Assembly: GCA_017303895.1 (NCBI GenBank)
Contig: JAFLBF010000003.1
Coordinates: forward strand, 181,694 to 245,693
Length of the DNA: 64,000 nt
Direction: 5' to 3'
Source: Bacteroidota bacterium
GTDB taxonomy: Bacteria; Bacteroidota; Bacteroidia; 2-12-FULL-35-15
Shown: positions 56,369-64,000 of the stretch, piece after piece
How the letters are laid out: each line of letters starts with the position of its first letter
How positions within the stretch are numbered: the stretch's first letter is position 1
The notes under the pieces: generated by a model
What the model was told of the DNA's origin: nothing
Databases searched by the model: none
Seen by the model: the letters and a program-made list of their open reading frames with translations, nothing else
Position numbers and translations under genes: made by a program

Positions 56369-57478
56369 ATGAAAAAACTACTACTCTCATTCTTCTTATT
56401 GTGCTCATCTTTGTTGATGTCGCAAACAACAATTGTTGATAGCATTATTTCAGGAGGTATTTACCGTAACTATCGTGTGTATGTTCCAGCAGCCTATAAT
56501 GGATCAGCAGCTTGGCCATTGGTGTTCGATTTGCATGGTTATACTTCATCGGCATTGAACGAGCAGTTGTATTCCAACTTTATGCCTATTGCTGATACGG
56601 CTCACTTTTTAATTGTGTATCCGAATGGAACCTTGATAAGTGGTCAACCTTTTTGGAATGCAGGATTTGGCGCAACGGTGAATGATGTTCAGTTTATCTC
56701 CAATTTAATTGATACTTTATCTACTCAGTATAATATCGATGCCAATTCTGTGTATTCCTGTGGAATGAGTAATGGTGGCTATATGAGTCACACACTCGCT
56801 TGTGAGTTGAATGATAAAATTGCTGCTATTGCATCGGTAACAGGTAGTATGTCGGTTTTGCAAAAGGCAACGTGTACGCCCAATAGAACAGTGCCGGTAA
56901 TGCAGATCAGTGGTAATGCAGATGCAACAGTTGCTTATACAGGCTCTTCTACATCTCTTCACATTGATACATTAGTGAATTATTGGGTGAATAACAATAA
57001 TTGTAATCCTACACCGGCTTTTACTACTGTTCCGAATACGAACCTAACAGATGGTTGTACTGCAGAGCATTATGTGTATAGTGGAGGTGATAATGGTTCA
57101 AGTGTAGAGTTGTACAAGATCATTGGTGGTGGCCATACCTGGCCAGGGGCTCCATTCACAATAGGTGTAACTAACCGCGACTTTAATGCTTCATTGATGA
57201 TCTGGTTGTTCTTCCGGAAATATCATTTGACTCAATTTACAAGTATCAATGAATTGAATACTCCTCTTGATATTACTATATATCCGAATCCGGCAATGGA
57301 TCTGATCAATGTAGCTGTATCAGGGAATGTGCTGATAAGCATCATGGATATTAATGGGAAACAAGTTTTGTCAGGTAATCAAAAAACGGTCGATGTATCC
57401 TCTTTGAAAAAAGGGATCTACTTTGTTCATGTAAGTAATGCAAAAGGCAGCGCAGTAAAGAAATTGATCAGAATGTAG
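56369..57478 (+). CDS. Secreted alpha/beta esterase (PHB-depolymerase/LpqC-like family) with T9SS CTD
   Basis: It has the nucleophile elbow GMSNGG and a C-terminal sorting domain (IYPNPAMDLINVAV...GIYFVHVSN...KLIRM). Confidence 0.75.
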   Translation: MKKLLLSFFLLCSSLLMSQTTIVDSIISGGIYRNYRVYVPAAYNGSAAWPLVFDLHGYTSSALNEQLYSNFMPIADTAHFLIVYPNGTLISGQPFWNAGFGATVNDVQFISNLIDTLSTQYNIDANSVYSCGMSNGGYMSHTLACELNDKIAAIASVTGSMSVLQKATCTPNRTVPVMQISGNADATVAYTGSSTSLHIDTLVNYWVNNNNCNPTPAFTTVPNTNLTDGCTAEHYVYSGGDNGSSVELYKIIGGGHTWPGAPFTIGVTNRDFNASLMIWLFFRKYHLTQFTSINELNTPLDITIYPNPAMDLINVAVSGNVLISIMDINGKQVLSGNQKTVDVSSLKKGIYFVHVSNAKGSAVKKLIRM

Positions 57479-57479
57479 A

Positions 57480-57890
57480 TCATTTATTTTTCTTTTCGCC
57501 CTTTACATTGTACACCATCCCGCCTCCTAGTCCATTTCCCGGACATGTGGAAGAAGAGTATTCAAAAGCTACTGTGTTCCGGTCGCTAAATTTTCCATTG
57601 CTTCCACATACAGAAATGTTTCCATCTTTATCAATGGTAAATGTGAAATCCATGTTTGGAGCGAATTCAATATGAATTAAATTTTTCGCTTCTTTTTTAT
57701 TGTAGTAAACCTTTCCCCAATATTCTTCGGTAATAGTAGGACTCTGATAAGGAGTTGAGTTCCACGTATAATAGGAATAGGTAAAACGATAATTCCCCAA
57801 GTACTTATTTCGTTTGTCGAACGGGATCTTTTCACAGGAAGAAAGCAGTATTGCAAAAATCGCAATTATGTAGAATGTTGTTTTCTTCAT
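57480..57890 (-). CDS. Small lipoprotein, unknown function
   Basis: 136 aa with lipobox LLSSC. It lies 4 nt downstream of the GH92 gene on the same strand. Confidence 0.45.
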   Translation of the reverse strand: MKKTTFYIIAIFAILLSSCEKIPFDKRNKYLGNYRFTYSYYTWNSTPYQSPTITEEYWGKVYYNKKEAKNLIHIEFAPNMDFTFTIDKDGNISVCGSNGKFSDRNTVAFEYSSSTCPGNGLGGGMVYNVKGEKKNK

Positions 57891-57894
57891 ATTG

Positions 57895-60800
57895 TTATTT
57901 TATATCGATTTCATCTACAAATATAAAGGCATCACCACCTGCACCTTGGTGCCATTCCGGGAATTTGCCATAGTTATAGGCTTTGATCTTAATATAGCGT
58001 GCTTTTGTAGGGTCAGTTTTTAATTCCAACTTTTGCATTTGGACTTCATAATCTTTTGCATCAATCTTATTGTCGATACTGCCCACCAATTTGAAATTTA
58101 CGTTGTCCGTAGAAGTGTAATATTCCACTTTTGTCGGCATTACGATCCATGCGCGCGTATCTTGTAAATAAGAAGAGTTGAAAGTGCTTACTTTTTGTTC
58201 TTTTTTCAAGTCTATGATACATTCAAAATTCTGCGATTGATAACCTTGCCATTCTCCTTTTCTCCAATTGATCTCTCCATGTACCCCGTCAATAATACCT
58301 TTATCTCCTCCTGCAGTGTATTGAGGATTGTATTTTGAGAGGATCTTTATATCCCAATTGTTTGGGCGTTTGTAAAAGTGTGCAACATTCATTGCACTTT
58401 GTTTTGAGTTTATTTCAGTTATCTTTTTGATGCAATATGCAGAAATTGTTGCGTTTTTATTTATGTAAAAAGGTTGAGTGTATTCAATGATATTTCTACC
58501 TGATGTTGAAAAAATGGATTCAGGCAATTGGGATGAAATGTCTTCGATTATGTAATAGATTTTACTATTCCTTTCATAGCCTATCAATTCTATTTTTAAA
58601 CTGTCTTCAAATACTTTTGAATCGGCTTTAATTACAGGTGAAATAGCTAGCTCATTGTCGTTGACTCCATTTTCGTAATTATGAAAATAACTAGGGTCGG
58701 CTATGAATAAGTTAGGTTCGGGAGTTGTATTAGGGGTTGCTGTCATTTCGAATACTAATTCGCTATTGCCTATAATATTTGTTGGGTAGTATATGTCAGC
58801 ATAGTTAATTCTATTTTCTTTGACCGGCATTTTATTCATTTTTGCCGATTGAATGAACTTATTTTTTTCGGAGATGTTGGTTGCTCTTATTACAAATGCA
58901 TTTCCATTTTCAAGATGAATTTTAACATCGCTGAATAGGGGTGTTCCAATATTAAACTGTGAATTGCCTGGACAAACCTGGTATAATCCCATTGCACTCA
59001 TCACATACCATGCACTCATTTGCCCACAGTCTTCATTGCCGATCAGTCCATCCGGTGCATTTTTGTAAAAATCATTCATTAGCTGATATACACGTTCTTG
59101 TGTTTTCCAAGGTTTGCCAATATAATTGTATAGGTAGGCAATATGATGGCTAGGTTCGTTTCCATGTGCATATTGACCAACCAATCCAGTGATGTCTGCT
59201 TGTTCACGACCGGTAGTTTGTGAAGTAGTAGTAAATAGCTCATCCAGTTTTGCATCAAATTTAACTGCTCCTCCCATATGTTCAACTAATCCATATACAT
59301 CATGCGGCACAAAGAAGGTATATTGCCATGAATTGGCTTCAGTGAAATTATTATTGACTTCGCGAGGATCAAAAGGGGATAACCAGCCTCCGTTCTTTTT
59401 AGGTCGCATAAAACCTCTTTCCGGATCAAATATGTTTTTCCAGGTTTGTGAACGTTGCATAAAATAATTGTATTCGCTCGTTTTTGAAAGTTGTGAAGCA
59501 ACTTGAGCAATGCACCAATCATCATAGGCATATTCCAATGTTTTGGAAACACTTTCATGCTCATCATCCATTGTTATCATGGCATGTTCTTTTACTGCTT
59601 TTAATCCCAGATGATCAAGCATAGCGCTGTGTTTCATAGCTTCAAATGCAAGATTCATATTGTATGTTAGTTTTGGATTGTAATTTAAGATGCCTTTAGA
59701 AGCAGCATCTGCAATTACACTCACAGAGTGATAACCGATCATACAATCGGTTTCGTTGCTTGCCAGTTCCCAAACGGGCAAGCGTCCACCTTGTTTGTAT
59801 TGCTCTAAAAATGTGTACACAAAATCTTGTGTGCGTTTGCGGTCAATGAGCGTATAGAGCGGGTGTGTTGCCCGGAAGGTATCCCATAAGGAGAATACAG
59901 AGTAATAGGTAAAACCTTCTGCTTTATGAATTTTATTGTCGCGTCCACGATACAAGCCATCCACATCCATCGCAACGTTGGGTTGGATCATGGTGTGATA
60001 TAATGCGGTGTAAAAGATCGTAAGCTTTTCCTTATCTGCTGATGTTACTTCTATTTTGCTTAATTCTTTATCCCATAATTCTTTAGCATCTTTTTTTACT
60101 TTTTCAAAATCCCAATGAGGTAATTCCGCATTCAGGTTTTTGCGAGCCCCTTCAATGCTAACATTGGAAATGCCGACTTTGACGAATAGAGGTTTGTCAT
60201 TTAGTTTTCCAAAAGTAAAACGTATAAAGCCGGTGGTTTTGATTCCATCATTATTACCTTTTCCAATGCTCCCTTCATTTTCGAATTTTTCGGAGAATTC
60301 GATCACAAAATAAATATATTGATCTTTTGCCCAGGCTTCGCTTCTTCTGAATCCTTCAATGGTTTTGTTGTCAACTACTTTTAAATCTGATTCCAATGTT
60401 TTATCACGGTGGTCGAGTTGAACTACGATCCTTGCTTCTTCGTTTTGGGGGAATGTGTATTTGTGAAATCCAACACGAGTTGTCGCTGTTAATTCTGCTA
60501 GAATATTATTGTTCATTTTTACTGAATAATATCCTGCACTTGCTTTTTCGTTTTTATGGGAATAGCTTGCTGCGTAGTTTTTGTAATCAAAATTTTCCGG
60601 TTTTTCTTTGTCCTCATTTTTGTACTTAGTGAATGGAAGAATGGCAATATCACCATAATCACTGCACCCTGTGCCGCTTAAATGGGTGTGTGAAAAGCCA
60701 TAAATGATAGAATCGCTGTAATGATAACCACTGCATCCATCCCAGCTTCCATCAATACGTGTGTCGGGTGACAACTGCACCATTCCAAAAGGGACTGTTG

Positions 60801-60939
60801 CTCCCGGGAACGTATGGCCATGTCCTCCTGTTCCGATGAATGGGTTTACATAAGAAGAGTAGTTGGTTTTTTGTGCATGGATAGCACTAAAAAATATTAA
60901 GAAAAGTATTGTTATATAGTTGCAGGTCCTTTTTTTCAT
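57895..60939 (-). CDS. GH92 alpha-mannosidase with C-terminal discoidin (F5/8 type C)-like domain
   Basis: It carries the GH92 signature GTGGHGHTFPGATVPFGMVQLSPDT. At 1014 aa it has an extra C-terminal beta-sandwich. Confidence 0.9.
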   Translation of the reverse strand: MKKRTCNYITILFLIFFSAIHAQKTNYSSYVNPFIGTGGHGHTFPGATVPFGMVQLSPDTRIDGSWDGCSGYHYSDSIIYGFSHTHLSGTGCSDYGDIAILPFTKYKNEDKEKPENFDYKNYAASYSHKNEKASAGYYSVKMNNNILAELTATTRVGFHKYTFPQNEEARIVVQLDHRDKTLESDLKVVDNKTIEGFRRSEAWAKDQYIYFVIEFSEKFENEGSIGKGNNDGIKTTGFIRFTFGKLNDKPLFVKVGISNVSIEGARKNLNAELPHWDFEKVKKDAKELWDKELSKIEVTSADKEKLTIFYTALYHTMIQPNVAMDVDGLYRGRDNKIHKAEGFTYYSVFSLWDTFRATHPLYTLIDRKRTQDFVYTFLEQYKQGGRLPVWELASNETDCMIGYHSVSVIADAASKGILNYNPKLTYNMNLAFEAMKHSAMLDHLGLKAVKEHAMITMDDEHESVSKTLEYAYDDWCIAQVASQLSKTSEYNYFMQRSQTWKNIFDPERGFMRPKKNGGWLSPFDPREVNNNFTEANSWQYTFFVPHDVYGLVEHMGGAVKFDAKLDELFTTTSQTTGREQADITGLVGQYAHGNEPSHHIAYLYNYIGKPWKTQERVYQLMNDFYKNAPDGLIGNEDCGQMSAWYVMSAMGLYQVCPGNSQFNIGTPLFSDVKIHLENGNAFVIRATNISEKNKFIQSAKMNKMPVKENRINYADIYYPTNIIGNSELVFEMTATPNTTPEPNLFIADPSYFHNYENGVNDNELAISPVIKADSKVFEDSLKIELIGYERNSKIYYIIEDISSQLPESIFSTSGRNIIEYTQPFYINKNATISAYCIKKITEINSKQSAMNVAHFYKRPNNWDIKILSKYNPQYTAGGDKGIIDGVHGEINWRKGEWQGYQSQNFECIIDLKKEQKVSTFNSSYLQDTRAWIVMPTKVEYYTSTDNVNFKLVGSIDNKIDAKDYEVQMQKLELKTDPTKARYIKIKAYNYGKFPEWHQGAGGDAFIFVDEIDIK

Positions 60940-60941
60940 AA

Positions 60942-63545
60942 TTACAAAGTGTCAATTAAAGATACGATCTTTATTTTTTTCTTAAGGTTCTTGATCTTAA
61001 TATTTTTGGGTAAATAATAGGACTTTGGTTCGTTAGGAAGAATATCCGAAAAATTATCATTTAAATTCAGGTCAATGCCATCAATGCTGATCATCGCATT
61101 CTTAATAAGCACATCGGTTTTTATGGTAAAACACTGTAATGCTTCTGAGTGATCTTGCTTACAAGTACCTTCCGTAATCGTATAATTAGGTTGCTTTAAT
61201 TTCAATTCTTTTGGTTTAACAAAGTAGTGAATATCATTTGCAGTACCAACGGATCCATCCAGAATAAATAATTCTGACTTTAAATAAATTTCGTTTAGAT
61301 CAAAGGTTTTGATCATATTCTTATCGATAGAAAAAATGATAGCAGAGGAGTTGCCTTCTATTTGTATTGCATTAAAATTCGACCATAACGCATTTCCTTC
61401 AAAGTTGTATAGACTTATTCCTAATTCAGCTTTTTCAATTTTATTTGGCAGGTCGGATATGGCATAAATATATATAGAGTCGTTTTTCTCTACGATAGAC
61501 AGAATAACATCTTTATAAGATCGCTTTACTTGATAATGCGCTGCTTTCAAAATATTGTTGTGGTCAATCGTGCTCCAGGATGTTACCGGCCAGCAATCAT
61601 TCAGTTGCCAGTAGAGTGTTCCCATGCAATGCGGTTTGTTTCTCCGGTGTGCTTCAATCGCTGTTCGCATCCCATCAGCCTGTAATAGTTGCGATACATA
61701 GGTGTAGTGTTCAATTCGATGTTGTGGGATCTTATAATCACGAGCCATATAGGTGCTAATCGTTTGAAACCCTGTTGGATGTTTTTGATGAGCATTTAAC
61801 ACAGTGGAGTCAATGATGTGAGGATAAATATCCGAGGCATACTTGTCTTCATAAACAATGTCTTTTTTATTCCGCTTTGGGAATAAACCAACCTTAATGA
61901 GTGTGTTTAAATTGGGCATTCCCTGGAAGCCATATTCGCTTACAAAACGTCCAACCCTCGTATTGTAATTTTCGAAAGGTTCCATTCCCCACCAAACACC
62001 CCAGTAGTGAGAATCACCATTCAGTAAACTTTCTTTGTGTCCCCATCCGATGCTTGGCGATGAAGGCCAGTAGGCACGATCTCCATCATGTATATTTACA
62101 ATGTCCTTAAGCAAATAATCAAAAATGATCGTATTGTTCATGGCAATTTCAGAGGAATCTTTCTTGGAATACTTGTATTGTTTTTGCCAACCCCAGTTTT
62201 TCCATCCTTCATCTACTTCATTATTGCCGCACCATAAGGCAATACTCGGATGATTGCGTAAACGCTCTACTTGCTCGGCTGCTTCTGCGGCAACATTATT
62301 CATGAAGTGTTTGTCTCCGGGATACATGGCACAGGCAAACATAAAATCTTGCCAAACCAGAATTCCATTTAGATCACATTGCCTATAAAATTCATCATTT
62401 TCATAGATGCCCCCTCCCCAAACACGTAACATGTTCATATTGGCATCTACTGCATTTTGAATGATCGTGAAATAGTTTTCCGTTTTTACTTTCGGAATAA
62501 AATTATCTTGTGGAATATAGTTAGCCCCTTTTATAAAAAGTGTTTTTCCGTTAACTTTAAAATAGAAGGATGTGCCAATGCTGTCTTTTCCATTGACTAA
62601 TTCTATTGTTCGCAAACCAAGGGCTGAATGATGTATGTCAAGTATCTTTCTGTTGAAGGATAAACTGATGAATATATTGTATATATATTGCTGTCCCATA
62701 CCGTGTGGCCACCATCTGTTTGGGTTTTTAATAATATACTCCAATTCATATTTATGTATTCCTTTTTTTAAAGGAACTTTGATAGTGCGTTGATCCTTTA
62801 GATCGCTGGAGGCTGATCTTGTAATATCAAAATAGGCATTCGCATTTGTGTCACTTTCTATTTCACAAATAAAGTTGATGAGTGCAACAGAATCATTTAA
62901 TTCAATGATCTTATTTTGAACTGTCTTAATGCGCGCATCGTTCCAATATTTTAGTTGTACATCTTTCCAGATGCCGCAGGTCACCAATCGTGGTCCCCAA
63001 TCCCAGCCATATTGGTATTGCGCTTTGCGTGTAAATACTTTTTCATCTCCGGGTAAAGTATAGGATAGTTTTTTTGCTTCTTCTTTTCCTTTGTTGACAG
63101 CAGATTGAAAACAGACTCTTAATTGATTTTTTCCTATTCGTGCGATCTTTTTAATGTCAATGTTCCATGTCCGGAACATATTGTCTGTGATTAATATTAA
63201 TGAGTCGTTCAGATATACATTTGCATACGTGTCAAGCCCCTTGAATTGTAATTCAATATGATCTTGAGTCAATTCTTGTTTACTGATATTAAATGTGCAT
63301 TGGTATTCCCAGTCGCTTTTTTCTATCCACTGGAGTTGCTTTTCATTATCAGCATAGAATGGATCAGGTATGATCTTATTCGCCAACAGATCGGTATGAA
63401 CAGTGCCAGGAACTGAAGCCTTCATCCATTTGGTGTTAATTGATTTCTTGAAAGTCCAATTGCATTGATTCAAACTTCTTTCACTCGTTTGTGCAAAAAC
63501 AAACAGCGGAATCAGTAAAAACGATATGATCCAAGTTTTTTTCAA
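60942..63545 (-). CDS. GH2 beta-mannosidase
   Basis: 867 aa with acid/base context WCGNNE and nucleophile context VSEYGFQ. The apparent TTG start at 63545 overlaps the cutC stop. Confidence 0.9.
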   Translation of the reverse strand: MKKTWIISFLLIPLFVFAQTSERSLNQCNWTFKKSINTKWMKASVPGTVHTDLLANKIIPDPFYADNEKQLQWIEKSDWEYQCTFNISKQELTQDHIELQFKGLDTYANVYLNDSLILITDNMFRTWNIDIKKIARIGKNQLRVCFQSAVNKGKEEAKKLSYTLPGDEKVFTRKAQYQYGWDWGPRLVTCGIWKDVQLKYWNDARIKTVQNKIIELNDSVALINFICEIESDTNANAYFDITRSASSDLKDQRTIKVPLKKGIHKYELEYIIKNPNRWWPHGMGQQYIYNIFISLSFNRKILDIHHSALGLRTIELVNGKDSIGTSFYFKVNGKTLFIKGANYIPQDNFIPKVKTENYFTIIQNAVDANMNMLRVWGGGIYENDEFYRQCDLNGILVWQDFMFACAMYPGDKHFMNNVAAEAAEQVERLRNHPSIALWCGNNEVDEGWKNWGWQKQYKYSKKDSSEIAMNNTIIFDYLLKDIVNIHDGDRAYWPSSPSIGWGHKESLLNGDSHYWGVWWGMEPFENYNTRVGRFVSEYGFQGMPNLNTLIKVGLFPKRNKKDIVYEDKYASDIYPHIIDSTVLNAHQKHPTGFQTISTYMARDYKIPQHRIEHYTYVSQLLQADGMRTAIEAHRRNKPHCMGTLYWQLNDCWPVTSWSTIDHNNILKAAHYQVKRSYKDVILSIVEKNDSIYIYAISDLPNKIEKAELGISLYNFEGNALWSNFNAIQIEGNSSAIIFSIDKNMIKTFDLNEIYLKSELFILDGSVGTANDIHYFVKPKELKLKQPNYTITEGTCKQDHSEALQCFTIKTDVLIKNAMISIDGIDLNLNDNFSDILPNEPKSYYLPKNIKIKNLKKKIKIVSLIDTL

Positions 63546-64000
63546 TTCAATTGGTCTTTTAATTTTTTTACTTCATTCACATCTGCTAGCTCTCCCTCAA
63601 GAATAGCGGAAGAATGATAATAATGCGCTTGGGTGCCGTTTTTTATTTCAGCAATGTTGCTTGAGCGAACACCACCACCCGGCATAATTGTGATTCTGTT
63701 TCTCGATGCCTTTACCAGTTGTTCTAAATTTTTGATTCCATTCATGGCAGAGGATGTAAACCCTGAAGTGAGGATCGTTTTAAATCCGCAGTTGATAACA
63801 ATATCTAATGCTGTTTTCTGATCATTGATCTTGTCGAATGCTCTGTGAAAACTGCAGGGTAGGGGAGATGCTAATTTTAGTAATTCGATATTCTGTTCTA
63901 TATTAATGCTATTATCTTCATTTAGTATTCCGAAAACAAATCCATCCACATTCAAATTTTTAAAATGAAGAATATCTTTTTTCATTTGCTCGAACTCTTC
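63542..64000 (-). CDS. cutC: CutC family protein (5' end beyond window)
   Basis: It has the FHRAFD motif and a TIM-barrel CutC-like sequence. The reading frame stays open to the window edge. Confidence 0.8.
   Translation of the reverse strand, partial: EEFEQMKKDILHFKNLNVDGFVFGILNEDNSINIEQNIELLKLASPLPCSFHRAFDKINDQKTALDIVINCGFKTILTSGFTSSAMNGIKNLEQLVKASRNRITIMPGGGVRSSNIAEIKNGTQAHYYHSSAILEGELADVNEVKKLKDQLN

Overview
This window looks like a low-GC Bacteroidota chromosome segment. It carries T9SS C-terminal sorting domains, gldF/gldG and several TTTG-N19-TAnnTTTG-type promoters. About 62 CDS are tightly packed, and I found no rRNA, tRNA, CRISPR, transposase or integrase. From left to right: (i) a minus-strand polysaccharide export/biosynthesis locus with a phosphodiester-glycosidase-like gene, asnB, GT4, a Wza-like gene, a Wzc-like BY-kinase and rfbC; (ii) a long housekeeping stretch (SSS transporter, ABC exporter, Leu dehydrogenase, nusB, yajC, coaE, nnr, bcp, recA) interspersed with several periplasmic thioredoxin-fold genes (SCO, TlpA-like); (iii) a codon-optimised T9SS 'choice-of-anchor J' surface protein; (iv) a 5.7-kb, GATC-poor, AT-rich island encoding a YadA-head-like repeat/coiled-coil protein, a 943-aa GH-like PKD/T9SS cargo and two tandem beta-barrel paralogs; (v) prfC, rplS and a translationally coupled U32 (CX6CX15CX3C) plus ferredoxin pair; (vi) a phenylacetate (paa) catabolic cluster, paaABCD-[GAF histidine kinase]-paaGHIJY, which lacks paaE/K/Z/F; (vii) lysA and lysC, gldF-gldG-DUF4340, dnaN; (viii) a mannoside/N-glycan-type cluster with GH92, GH2 beta-mannosidase and cutC. 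The most unusual item is the island at 28981-34755. It is compositionally foreign, and I cannot match its gene combination to a described system. Other items worth a second look are a ~30-bp long-range inverted repeat that would occlude the paaH start, the U32-ferredoxin pair as a likely O2-independent hydroxylase rather than a peptidase, and strong GATC over-representation in the native genes. All calls rest on reading the translated ORFs and the DNA by eye. No database search or computation was run.
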